Positions 1 to 12,570 of a DNA stretch of 64,000 nucleotides are shown piece after piece (the first letter of the stretch is position 1; each line of letters begins with the position of its first letter). Source of the DNA: Blepharisma stoltei ATCC 30299 (taxonomy: Eukaryota; Protista; Ciliophora); the NCBI GenBank assembly GCA_965603825.1, contig CBFDEM010000015.1, forward strand, positions 124,001 through 188,000. Reading direction: 5' to 3'. A program made the position numbers and the translations under genes. Below the pieces are notes generated by a model. It was not told where the DNA came from. It did not search any database and saw only the letters and a list, made by a program, of their open reading frames with translations.

Positions 1-119
1 AACAATATTAAAAAGCCAAAATTGCATTAAAATTTTAATATAAAGGCAGTTTGCAAAGTATGAAATCAATTTTTAAATATAATTAAAATGCCAAAATAAT
101 ATAATTTTTATCTAATTAC

Positions 120-1082
120 TTAAATCCCATATGCTCTATCTCTATTATGAGGTCTTGTATAATCCACAATTGGTCCTAGAGGAACTATTCCAGTTGGATT
201 AATATTCCCAAAGCCTCTATAATAACCATTTTTAATATGATCAAAATTCACAGTGTCTCCAAACCCTGGAGTCTGATATAAATCCCTTAAATACTCAGGC
301 AAGTTCTTGAAATCTTCAATCCTCTTCAAATTGCATTTAAAAATTCCTACATAAGCGACATCAAATCTCACCAATGTCACAAATAGCCTAACATCAGCTA
401 ATGTCAAGGTGTTTCCTACCAAATATCTCTGATTTTCAAGTCTTTGGTCTATAACTTCTAAAGCATCAAAAAGGTCAGTGAACGCTTCTTCATAAGCTTG
501 CTGAGTTGTAGCATGGCCTGCTTTATATACTCCGTTATTAATTTTATCATAGACAAATGCGTTAATTTCGTCAATTTCTGCTTTTTTCTCTTCTGGGTTA
601 AAATTGAGGTCGTTTCCACAGCTGAATCCGCTGTTCATCATTAGTATGATTTCAGAGGATTCATTGGATACGATTGCATTGGTTTCTTTGTCTCAGAGAA
701 CAGGCACAGTAACTCTTCCTGTGTATTCAGGGTTGGCTTTAAGGTATACTTCATATAAGAATCTGCTGTTACTCAAAGTATCTGGAGTACTTCCTTCATA
801 TTCCTCAAAGGTTCAGCCATTTTCTGAAGAAATAGGATTTACAACAGAGACTGATATATCATTTTGGAGACCTTTTAAATTCCTAACAATAAGTGTCCGA
901 CTCGCCCATGGGCAGGCTAGTGATACATAGAGATGATAGCGGCCTGAGTCGCCTCTAAATCCGCTGCTACCATCTTTAGTAACAAATTTCCTAAACTGAG
1001 ATTCTGTTCTAATGAATCGTCCTCCAGTTTTTAAGGTGTCATAGCCTTGTTTAACCCATTTCCCATCAATCAGAAGTCCCAT
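120..1082 (-). CDS. Glutathionyl-hydroquinone reductase (YqjG/ECM4 family GST), 320 aa
   Basis: Single frame once TGA at 813-815 (ENG-W-TF) and 693-695 (TVPVL-W-DK) are read as Trp. Motifs YVSLACPWASR and ADVRLFVTLVRFD, C-terminal INPTGIVPLGP. Confidence 0.95.
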
Positions 1083-1398
1083 ATTGTTTATATTAGGTGA
1101 ACGATTGATTTAAAATATGGAGAAATTTTTTGTCAAGCAAAATGCATTTATCCCTAATTTGAAATTTTTGTCGTTTTCTTTTAAACTTAATAAAAAGTTT
1201 ATTATCAAAAAATTATTTTTTATGAGAATTAAACACATATAACAATTACAATTTTTTCCCCTTTCATTAATAAAAATGCTAATTAATAAAGGATTTTGGA
1301 TTAAAAAAATAAATGTTTATTGCTTATAATAAATAAAATTAGCTTTCTTCTGCTTAAATATAAATTATTTCTTATCGTGATAATTATTTAAAAATATA

Positions 1399-3384
1399 TT
1401 AAAGCGTGCTTACATAATTCCAATCTATACTAAACGAAGAATGTCTTCTCATTATAGGGACAATAATGCTGAAAATAAAATTAACAAACCTATTCGCATA
1501 GTTTTTAGGGTTCGCCACTGACACATGCTTTACCTTATGTCCAAGTGCTATATGATTAAAAGTGTGCTCCATAGATTTCCAATAGCTATAAACAGTTAAA
1601 AAGTCAATGATACCCATGGTATAGGTGTATTTTAGGTCGATAGATGAGTATTGCTTATATGACTTTCCTTCAGTGTATTTACTAATAGAAAGCAATAAAG
1701 AATAGTCCATCAGTTTATGAAGATATAAAAAATTTACATCAACTAATATTGCTGCTTTCATTCTATCTTTATCATCTTGTGATAAATCTAAACTTTGGCT
1801 CATTTTAATAAAATCCAAATCTTTATATGGCCCGCTTACTCTACCATTTTTATAAGCAGTTCTTCCTACAGTTGAGCCCTTTATGTCGAAAACCCTTGAA
1901 GGGTTGACTTTATAAAGGATATTTTCCATCAGAATTATTTCTAAAGTAGAAACACCTGGTACTCTTAAAGTAAATAAACCTAAAATCCTGCATAACATAG
2001 AATCTTGATATTTCATTAAATGGGTGTGATAATTTTTTAAAATTTTTTTCATTACTTTTCTTTCTCTGCTTTTGATAGTTTTTATAGCGATTCTATTATC
2101 ACTAGTAAATAAGAAAAAACTGCCTGACTTTCCTGCACTTTCATCAATTTTAAACATGCTTTCTTTATTTTCTGAAGGTTCTAAAGAACTTAATAAGTCA
2201 TGCAATTCCATTCCACACATATTTCTTATATCCTCAAAAATAGCTGGAGCTACTTCTTCTACTTCTACATGTGGAAACTTCGAATCAGTAATTCCTCATA
2301 TATTTGCAGACTCCCTTACATAATGGTTTAGTCTGTGAATTTTTATTTCTGTAAAATTTTTCGCATCAAAAGACTGATAGCTGTTTGAATTAATTTTTTT
2401 GGTTAAAAATACCCCATGGAGACTTGCAATAATACAATGAGCTAGTTCTACGTTTAATTTCCCGAATACTATTACAGAGATAGGAAGGTTTCAGGCGTCG
2501 TCTGAGGTTGCGGATTCTATTTCTTGGGTACGAAAAAATGAGCATTCTTTAGCTTTTTTTCAAAAAATCGGGTCTGAGGTACGGATCATGCCTAGAAAAA
2601 AGCCTGATGAACAATAAGTAGCGATTGCGATTGTGTCTATAGTTTCGCTTTGTCTGTCATATATTTTCATGACATAGCTGATAGTTGGTCATACCCATAA
2701 AACAACAAAACCAACTACATATAAAATATGCCTTATCAGATACTGTGTGTTGTGCTCTGTGACAATTCTGAGCCCTCTTGCAAATCTTCAGGCAGCGTAA
2801 ATAGCTGAAAATACACCTATAGTAAAAAACACAATCAATAAAATTCCAATTGCTCCTGAGTTTGCAATTTCTAAACGAAATCGAGGCTTTGCTGTGCATT
2901 GAGATAAGAATTTATTTTCTGTGTTGACATAAACCGTGTAATAAAAAACAATTAAAAAAGTAACTGAGTGATAAAACTTTTTCCTTTTGTGCCCTGATAT
3001 AAAAGGGTTATATAGAGTAACAACTAAATCTAAGCATATAGCAATATTATAGCATAAGCAAGCTACTATTCCGATTGTGAGTAAAACTTGATTCATTCCA
3101 CATAGAACCTTCTTTGCGTAATCTTGATCTATACTATAGCCTGAGATGATGAGTATTGATGGCTCCAGTCTAAATCTTTGAATAAAAGACATATCATCTC
3201 AAACAAAAATAATGCTGTGATATGACATAATTAATTCACAAATGCTAAGGGAAAATATCAATCCAGATGGATGTTGTCGTAATTCTCTCGAACTCAAAAA
3301 TGTCAACGCTACTAGTGATGAAAACAAAATATTGAGCATTCCTAGGGAGGTGTAAAGAGCTAAATCAGTCGAATCTAGCGTCAT
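1399..3384 (-). CDS. GPCR-like 7TM domain fused to a phosphatidylinositol-phosphate kinase (GPCR-PIPK), 661 aa
   Basis: ORFs 3199-3384, 2788-3192 and 1399-2220 share one frame. The gaps were translated by hand and contain only TGA (6 in total), no TAA/TAG. Seven hydrophobic helices precede PIPK motifs GKSGSFF, IKTI, FDIKGS, KDLDF, MDYSLLL, GIIDFL. Confidence 0.9.
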
Positions 3385-3495
3385 AAAAAGCTGTGATTAT
3401 TATTTTTAGCTTAATAATCTCGACAAATCTAATTGAAATTAAAACAAATTAAATCCCATATTTATCACTTTTAAAAATTTCGAGCAAAATCTCAT

Positions 3496-4107
3496 TTAAA
3501 ACCATGAGGTGTTTTTTCTTTTTTGACGCTTTAGAAGCTTCATTTGAATTTTTGCACTGATATTTTCAATTTTTTGAGACACCAAAATTCCACACATAAA
3601 CTTAAATAGTGTGTCTAAATTGTGCCGATTATTTCCAGAAATTTCCATGAAATACATACCAAGCTTATTAGCTAATTCTTGACCCTCATCAAAACTGACT
3701 TTACGGCTTGATTTTAGGTCACTTTTTGTGCCAATAAGGAAAAAACTGAGATTTTCTAAATTTCGGTTCGACGCTACAAAGGAGTACCAATTAGAAATTT
3801 CCTCAAATGAGGACTTGTCCGTTATATCGTAAACTAGAAGAATTGACTGAAACCTTTGGATATAAGAAGCCAGCGCTGGCTTAAACTCTTCACGGCCTGG
3901 AGGATCTCAAATCTGGATTTGTACATTTTTCTCATAAACTTCGATATTTTTTATAGCATGATGCATACCGGTCGTAGGGTGAAGCTCTAAGGAAAAAAAA
4001 TTTCTCTAATTATAGCTTACCACAAAACGCTTCTGTAAATAGGACTTGCCGGATCCTTCGCTTCCTACCAACAAAACCATGAAAAGGAAATCCCTTTTTA
4101 GGCTCAT
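3496..4107 (-). CDS. Divergent Rab-like small GTPase, 198 aa, one intron; absent from the ORF track
   Basis: MSLKRDFLFMVLLVGSEGSGKS (P-loop), intron 4006-4020, then IQI-W(TGA)-DPPGREEF, LLVYDITDKSSF, LIGTKSDL, RKVSFDEGQELA. TAA at 3496-3498. Confidence 0.9.
4006..4020 (-). other. 15-nt spliceosomal intron (GTAAGCTATAATTAG)
   Basis: GT..AG with A at position 10. Removal deletes an in-frame TAG and joins the P-loop to the switch I region. Confidence 0.9.
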
Positions 4108-4738
4108 ATTTTATTATATATATTGAGTGAGCTAATTAAGTGAGGCCAAATGCATGTTATTTTCTATATGGATTTTTTTGATTTTTATATCTCATTTTTT
4201 GATAAATTATTTGATATTTCTGTTATTGTAGAGAAAATAAATATTGCTAGATAAACAAATATGAGATTTATTTCTATCATATATTTTTCCAATATTAATT
4301 ATTAAAATATGGTCTAAAAATATATAAAATTCTAAATTTGAAGTTTATATGTGTCATGCACGTTAAAAATAAACAAAAACGAAATTCTATTAATTAAAGC
4401 GGCACTTATTGAAAATAATCCTTGAAAATCTCAAAATTATGGACTCACTTTAGCTGGGAGAAGTTATTTTGATACAGAAATAAAAGCTAAAACATTCCTT
4501 GGCATAATTTTCTGCCAAAATCAAAATTCAGCAAGGCCAATAGTTTAAGATTAGAACTAATTTCAATATCTTCAGTCCTATAAAAAGATAATAGCAACTT
4601 CTCCTTATAATCATTATTCTCAAGCAAACAAAATACTTTTTATTACGCTTTAGCAAGATTTCTGAATATGAATTAAAAAAATAAGCCATCTCAGAAAAAA
4701 ATTAATTAAGATATAAATGAAACAATTATTATTTAAAG

Positions 4739-6250
4739 ATGGGCTGCCTTCACTCTAATTCAAATGAAATTACTACACTTGAAGAAGAGCTATTATCTCT
4801 CAGACAAAAAAAGGCTGCTTATAACGAAATCTTGTTTAAATCTCCAACGAAAACTATCCAAGATCTCCCACAAGATGTATACAATTCTGCTATTGAAGAA
4901 CAGCTCTGGGCATCCAAATCCTTTAAGCAGCTTATGAATTTGATAGGCACTTCAGACCCAAACTTCAGCGAAGTCCAAAATAAGCTAAACCTCATCATAA
5001 ATTCCGACGAAAAATCGGCTGACTATATATGAATAAGACTTTTTGAATCAAATTGGCAGACAAATTTGTGTAACTCTCTCACTGAAATAGCAACTTTTGT
5101 CAAAGAAATCGACAATAAAAAAGCTCAGCATATTAAATCCAAAGCACAGAGCGTGGAATATTTGATAAAAGAAAAGTACAGCATGCTAACCCCTATGCTA
5201 AATGAGATAAAAAATCGTGAAATGAAATATAGCTCTGCAAGAGGTGGGACTATTCTGCAAATGATCGAAAGAGTTTATAACAGAGGTGAGCTTGAAAAAG
5301 AGCTCGAAATCTTACAGACAAAACTAGAAGGCCAACAATATTTACAACTAAGGCAAGAAAAAGATGAAGATGTTGAAAAACTTAAAGAAAAAATTTCAGC
5401 TATCAAAAATGAAATGAGTGAAATTGAAAGAGCCTGGGAACTCGTAAAAACCAATTTTGAAGCTGATCCTGAGCTGGTAAAAGGACTAGAAACGATTTTA
5501 AATGAAAAAGTTGATAAAATCCAAGAAATGAAAGCAGAAATCGAAAAACTTCAAAAAGTAAAAAATGGGATAAATGAGGTAAAAGACCAAATCGATACTG
5601 TAAATGCCAATATTAGAGAACAAGAAAAAAATATTCAAAAAATATTAAAAAAAATCCAAGAACTCAATGAAGAGAAAGAAAAAATGATAAAAATTAATGA
5701 AACCTTGCCAAGCATTAAGGAAAGAATAGAAGACATAAAGTTAGAAAATAATAACAAAAAAAATCAAATAAAAATACTCCAAGAAAAAAATAAAAATATT
5801 CAGCAACTTATCAATGAAATCACTGAAAAAATGAATAGCAAGATCATGATAAAAGAAAAAATTATCCAAGAAATCAAAGAAAAAGGTGAAAACGAACAAA
5901 ATGAAATTTTAGTACATCAGAATACAAGATCGCATAAAATTAAAAAACAATTAGCTTTGAGACTTAAAGAAGCGCTTTATAGGATTCCTGACAGACTGTT
6001 ACAAAGATGGAAATTGGTAGTTTTTCATAAAGAAAAACCAGAAATTTGTATTGCTGAAACTACCACTCTGCAAGACACAGAATCCATGTATAATGAAACT
6101 ACAAATATGACTCATGATCAATCATATATTGGAGACATTTCTATGATAAATCATGAAGAAAACCTTTTAGGGAACGAAGATATAAATCTCGCTAAAGCAG
6201 AAATAGCGATGATTTCAATTCCTGTCCCTAAAAAGCAGCCCAAAAAATAG
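4739..6250 (+). CDS. Coiled-coil protein with MGC N-terminus (possible myristoylation/palmitoylation), 503 aa
   Basis: ORFs 4739-5032 and 5066-6250 are in frame across TGA 5030-5032. K/E/Q-rich heptads; starts MGCLHS. Confidence 0.8.
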
Positions 6251-6274
6251 GAGATGACTAAATTATTATTCTAA

Positions 6275-8101
6275 TTATAATTCCTCTAAATCCTCAACGT
6301 TCACTGGTGGTGCCCAATAATTGACGTCTGAATAAATATCAGGCTCCATTTGGTTTTCTTCATGAGTTTCAGTCCTTACTTGTTCTCTTTCAGACTCTGG
6401 CTCATTATTTTCTCCTTTTTTGTCCTCATTTTCAGTTAAATCGAACATTAAGTCTTCGTTTGTCAATGGTTTATCAGTTGTTTCTATTTCTTCTTCAGGA
6501 ATTTCTAAATCTTCATTGGCATTTTCGTTATTTGTATAGGAAGAAAATGGATTTTTTGAATTTTCTTCAGCTTTGGAGTCTTCGTCTGCGAAATGGTCGC
6601 CGAATGATAAAGGTTTGTAGCCTCCAAGGTGCCGGTTTTCTATGAAATTTCTGTCTTCTAGGTACGAAGACTTGTATTCTGCCCATTTTTCAGTAGCTAG
6701 TAAAATCTCTGCAATTTCTGAGTGTGTTTCTGAGAGCTTTATAAGAGAATTCGAAATTTTGGTTATATAGCCCATGTAGCCTGGCCTTAATGATGGGTTT
6801 CTTGTACCTGGCCTTGTTGGGTTTAAGCCTTTTTCTATCATTTTGTTTAAAAATCCTGACGTTTTGAGCAGCTGCTCTTTTAATGCTTGTGAAGAAGATG
6901 CCAAAACTGCATTTGCAAACTGCTCAAAAGTCGCATGCAGTATTGAATTTCACTCATAATTAAAGAAAAGCCCCACGATAACTCTGACCACCTCGATTTC
7001 TTCAATTTTAGCTTGAATTTCTTTAATTTCCATCTTAATCGCTGCATAAAGGACTTCAATAATTTTGATTTTTCCTTCTCCAAGACTTTCAATATCTTCA
7101 TTAAAAACAGTCAGTATTTGTGTATTGTGGACATTTTCTAAGATTTCTTTTAATTTTGGCAAAACTTGAATAAAAGATTCAATAAATTCAGGAGATTCCT
7201 CGTCTTCAAGTATCGTGGCTGAATCTTCGTCTGGCTTTTTATTCAAAGTCAATAAATCGCTTCTAGAGCTGCTCGTCATAATGCTTCTAAGAACAGTTAC
7301 TACAGCGTTTATATTATGAGTGCTATCAGCTGTCAGCCCTTCTATAAGCTTATTTAATGACTCTTTCTGCATGATAACCCCAGCTAGCTCAGCCCAGGAA
7401 TTCACTTCAGTAGGTTTATTGGTTAAGTCACATAAAATCTGGCTGGAATGAAAAGCTGCATTTGGGTTTTCTGAGGCTAAATTATTGATTAATTTTTGAA
7501 TTATTTCTTTCCTTTGTGGGATATAAAAAGGGTCACCTAAATTTTCTACTAAAACTATTCTGTTTATGATGTCTGCTATAGCTTTGTATTCTGAATGGTC
7601 TAAAAGTCAGGTGTTTCAGGAGTTTTCTATAATAAATTTAAGCATTTCTGAAGGATTTCTAATAAAAAGACTGATTATAAGCTTGCTTGCATATCCAGCT
7701 AATGTGAGGTTTAAGCTTTCTGTAGTAAAGAAATTAAATAATTTTTCCAGTAATTCTTGGTCAGCAAAGAATTTATCCAATAAACTTGCGGTCTCACATG
7801 CAAAAAGTTCTGAGGCAAGAAATGGGAATTTATGTCCTCGTCTGTTGTCACAGCCTTCTGGTGGGAAAATCGTAATATATTCAATTAACTCTAAAATCCT
7901 GTCTCGGTTCAAGCTAAATTATGATTACAAGTCAATTAATTTCTGGTTTTGGTTTCTCATCTCTTGCAGCACTTCTTCTTCATCAAGGACTTGAGTGAGT
8001 GTAGTCTCTTCACTTTCTAAGATTTCGTCTATGCGTGAAGGGCTCTGGAAACCTCTAAAAGTGGCCCAAAAAGACCCACCAAAATTACCCATCATCCTCA
8101 T
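6275..8101 (-). CDS. SIT4-associated / PP6 regulatory subunit (SAPS family)
   Basis: N-terminal ...VLDEEEVLQEMRNQNQKLIDFL across intron 7914-7928; KFPFLASELF, LNLTLAGYASK, YE-W(TGA)-NSILH, RPGYMGYIT, C-terminal YSDVNYW. Start could be the ATG at 8101 or one of the two downstream Met codons. Confidence 0.9.
7914..7928 (-). other. 15-nt intron (GTAATCATAATTTAG)
   Basis: Removal deletes an in-frame TAA and restores the SAPS KLIDFL motif. Confidence 0.9.
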
Positions 8102-8178
8102 TTTAGAATTTATAATAAAATTTTATCAATTTAAATATAAATTCATATAGACAATGAGAATTTATATTGGAAGATATA

Positions 8179-9543
8179 TTAGATTATACAACAATTTTTT
8201 CCTTTTAAATGCCTTTCATTTGTGACTTCTGAAGGAGGATTTTTATGTTTTGTTATAATAGACCGGTTTATTATTTCGGGAGGTTCGTTTCGTTCTGTAA
8301 GCTGAGATGAATAATCTTCCTCTGGGGAAGATTTATTATGAATATCTATGTCAAAAGAAGAATCTTGATCTGGAAAACTTTTGTCAAAAATATCATTATC
8401 TACTGATGTGTCTGGAAGCATTACTGATATAGATGTGACTAATTTAGGTAGAGGATCAACCTCTATTATGGTATTTTTTTCTGCATGGGCTTTGGACCGA
8501 CGATGTTTATTCTTTTTAGAACTGCGTTTGCAATTTTCAGTAATTTCACGGTCTTCTTCAAAATTTCAGTCTGTGTTTGTTGAACTTCTTTTTGCTTTTC
8601 TGCTTTTAGTTTTAATAGAGTCTCTCCTATAATTGCTTCTTCCTCTAATTCTTGGAGAAGAGTCTAATGCAGACGAAAAGTCTTTAAGCCAAAGAAAAGA
8701 ATATTCTGAGTAATCTAAGCTTCGCTTGACTTTTTCTAATAGATTTCTTAAATAGTCATATTTTGGTTTTTCATCAAATTTTAAACTTCGTGCATAATTT
8801 AAAAATTCCATAAATTCTCCGGGGCAGCCAATGCACAATTCATGCACAGGGACTGCTGCTTTTATGGTGAACACCTTTTGTCATTTTCCCATACACTTTT
8901 TATGGGCAGATTTCTGCCATGGCAGCCTCCCTTTGATTAAGTAGATCATCAAATAGCCCAGGCTTTCTAAGTCATCTCTTCGAGATTGCCTGAAGCCCAT
9001 ATGATTGCCCAAAGAAGCAAAGCTTGAATTTCCTACACAGGAACACCCAGATTGCTCTGACTGATGTAGTTGGCCAATCATAAATTCTTTTGCAAGCCCA
9101 AAATCAATTAAATATATAACTTCGCAGTTCAAGTCAAATAAACAATTATGAGGCTTTATATCTCGATGAACCACCCCAAATCCATGAATATGCTCAAGTC
9201 TCGTTAATAGCTGTAAACCAGCTAATACTGACGCTATAGCTGGGAGTTTCCCACCGTTTTTCTTCATAGCATTTCCTAAGCTTAATCCTAGGAGCTCAAA
9301 AACCATATATGTTGTTTTATCGGCCTTTCCTGACTCATATACTTTAGGGATTCCTTCAATACTTTGTAATTTTCTTAATAATCGAGATTCCGATATTACA
9401 ACACCTCGAGTTTTTATATCAGTTTTTAAAGCGACTTGCTTATTTGTTTTAATGTTTGTTGCTTTATAAACTTTCCCAAATCCACCACTGCCGAGAACGC
9501 TTTCTATTTTGTATTTGTTTAGAAAAATATCATTGACTTCCAT
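8179..9543 (-). CDS. Casein kinase 1 family kinase with C-terminal CaaX-like CCII, about 454 aa
   Basis: GSGGFG, HRDIKPHN, IDFGLAK and the CK1 signature SRRDDLES. Three ORF fragments join in frame through TGA at 8881 and 8566. Confidence 0.9.
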
Positions 9544-10133
9544 TAGTAAATTAATAAAAAATTGCATATGGTCAAAAAACAAATGACCAGAAAATGATAG
9601 AGTTTAAAGACATAAGAGATATGTGCATTGTAAGATAGACAATTCTTTTTGGGGTTTTAAAGTAGTTACTGAAGATTTGTGGATCAAGGAAGGGTGTAAT
9701 TAACATTTTAAATAAAACTCTTTTTTAGGTATTATGATAAGATTGAATTCATATTAGTTTGCGGATATTATATCAAAAGCTTTGCTTCTATTGAGGTAGC
9801 TTATTCTTAATTTTTGTTTTTTATGTAAATGATATAAATGAGCATTTTAAAAAGATACCATTAATACCCATTTTACTTAAATATCCTATAAGAAGAATAA
9901 ACTCGAGGTTGAGTAAAAATTTCCTGAAAAAAAGTATTAAGAAATCATTATAATTAAATTAATTACTTTTCAATATAGTTTATAAATTTCTTTAATATTT
10001 AATATACGAATTCTATCGATTTTATATTTATCATATACTCCTTATTCTAGATTTAATATTACTATCATGGCTTCTTTTAAAATATCATAATATCTTTTAC
10101 CATAGTATCATTCATATAGCATATCAATAAATA

Positions 10134-11702
10134 ATGGACATAGAAAAATGGCTTCTGATCTTTAGTTTAGGATCAACCATCTTAGCAATTTTATCCTTGT
10201 TTTATTACAAAAAAAGATTCGATCAGTGCAAGAACTACAGTCTACAAAGACATTCTGGGTCTTTTCAACAGCTTGTAAGAGTCGCTGGAAATGTATGTCA
10301 AGAGCATCGAAATTTATTAAATGTAAAAGACAGATCAGTCCAGGTTCCTATAATGATAAGCCATAGGACTGATGAAGAAATATTATTAAATCCAATGCTT
10401 GGAACTGGGAAGAAAAATGATGTAGGCTCTGGGAGATCATTTATGCCAGAAACTTTATTTTATAAATTAGGGGGATATGTCATTGCCGATTCTGCATTTC
10501 CAAAGCATTATGTAGATGAAGGCTCTATATTATTTTTAAAAGGATCTCCTAGAAAAGAAATCCTCATAAACCCAAATGACGTCAAAGCTGCAATTGTGAC
10601 TTGTGGAGGTCTCTGCCCTGGGCTAAATGTTGTCATAAGAGAACTCGTAATGACTTTATGGTACAACTATGGAGTAAAACATATATCAGGCATCATTGGC
10701 GGATATCCAGGCTTTTATACCCAAGGCTGCTTAAAAACCCTTACTCCTAGCATCGTAGCTGACATTCATTTATCGGGCGGGACTATTCTCAAAACTTCAC
10801 GCGGTGGCTGAAACTTAGAAAAAATCATGGATTCAATTATAAAAAATGGCTTCAACCAAGTTTACATTATAGGAGGAGATGGCACTCATAGAGGAATCAA
10901 AAACTTGGTTGACGAAATCGAAAGAAAGCACTTACCCATTTATGTAGTTGGAATTCCGAAAACCATTGATAATGATATCCCCATAATTGACAAAAGCTTT
11001 GGATTCGACACAGCTGTCGAAGAAGCTCAAAAAGCTATAGAATCAGCCAATACAGAAGCCAATAGCGTCGAATACGGTATAGGACTCGTAAAACTTATGG
11101 GCAGAAACAGTGGTTTTATAGCTATGCAAGCTTCAAATGCCAATAGAAACGTAAATTTATGCTTAATTCCAGAATCTGGCTATGAGCTTACAGGACCTAA
11201 TGGGGTTTATTCTTATATATCAGAACGGCTGAAAGTGAAAAAGCACGCTGTCATTGTGGTAGCAGAAGGGGCAGCTGCATCTTGTTTAGATGAAAAATTG
11301 GCTGCAGAAGGGACTGATCCCTCTGGGAACCCTATATTATATGATATTGGCAAACATTTGAAAGAGGAATTGGTCAAATGCTGCAAGAAACATAATATTA
11401 ATGCGACACTAAAATATATTGACCCAACTTATATGATAAGAACAGTCCCAGCGAATTCTTCAGATAAAATTTTGTGCTCTGAATTGGCCCAAGCAGCGGT
11501 ACATGGGACTTTTGCAGGATTTACTGGGTTTTCTGTTGGAAATGTGACTGGGCAGGCGGTGTTTATCCCTATTGATTTGTTGATTTCTATTAAAGAAGGA
11601 AAAGATGCAAAAGAAGGGCAGAGGAGGGTTGATATTGATGAAAATATGATGTGGTGGAGACTTATGGCGAATACGGGACAGCCCAGTTTTATAAATGATT
11701 AA
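10134..11702 (+). CDS. PFK: 6-phosphofructokinase (plant/protist-type, probably ATP-dependent) with N-terminal hydrophobic anchor, 522 aa
   Basis: TCGGLCPGLN, GGTILKTSRGG-W(TGA 10809), GGDGT, PKTIDND, LMGRNSGFIA, YIDPTYMIR. Confidence 0.95.
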
Positions 11703-11717
11703 AATTTAACAAAAAAA

Positions 11718-12164
11718 TTATTTAAAATCGTTAGGTTCCACTTTCTCGTTTTCTAAAGCGAAATAAGCTTCTCTTGCCAGTAATGTGCTGCCAACAATCA
11801 AAAACGCTATACCAATCAGATAAGGCAAAGCTGTGGAAACATGCAAAACTTCACCTGTACAAAGCACATTAACTGTTTCCGCACACAAATCTCCATAATA
11901 GTCACATATAAGGTCTGAGCTTTCACGGGTATTGAATAAAAGTAAAAAATATGACCCTAGCATGGCCATGATTGAAGTTATCAGAGTTTGGGTTTGAAGT
12001 TTTTTTACAAAGCGAAATCCGCATGCAAAAAGTAGAATAATTTGAGGTATAATTTTAACCCACGTTCGCCAATTTGTAAGGTCAAAAGTGTCCATAAAAT
12101 CATCAACAAGTGCAGGAATTGTTAGACCTATGCCGATTAGAGAAAGTCCTAGTTCTAATATCAT
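11718..12164 (-). CDS. Small multi-pass membrane protein, unknown function, 148 aa
   Basis: ATG-to-TAA ORF with about four hydrophobic segments. Confidence 0.7.
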   Translation of the reverse strand: MILELGLSLIGIGLTIPALVDDFMDTFDLTNWRTWVKIIPQIILLFACGFRFVKKLQTQTLITSIMAMLGSYFLLLFNTRESSDLICDYYGDLCAETVNVLCTGEVLHVSTALPYLIGIAFLIVGSTLLAREAYFALENEKVEPNDFK

Positions 12165-12570
12165 GTTTATTTATTAAAATATTAAGAGTATTGAAAAGAC
12201 CCAATTTTTTAGTAGAAAGGTAATTGAGGATCAATTTAATAATTTTATAAAAGAACTTTTCAGTCAATTAATTACACCATTTTAATAGCGAAACAATTAA
12301 ATATTGTTTCTTTGTGATTCATTATTTAGAATTGTAATTCTGGATTATTAGATGTGAAAAGATGATATAAAGTGCATAAATAGATGTAAAGTGAGCTAAT
12401 TTATAATTACCAATTTATATTTACTAATATAGACCAAAAAGGCAATTTACAGAATTTTCTACTTGTAATCAATTTTTCTAAAAATTTTTTGGATTTCCTA
12501 AGGCTTTCCTATCATTTTTTCTCATATCCTTATAGCACAACTATGGCTAATATCTTATTAAAAAATAAAT

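Noticed and set aside
4400-4700. Open stretches on the minus strand and a 9-bp inverted repeat (GGAGAAGTT/AACTTCTCC)
   Set aside because: No convincing start, motif or target-site duplication; expected by chance in AT-rich DNA.
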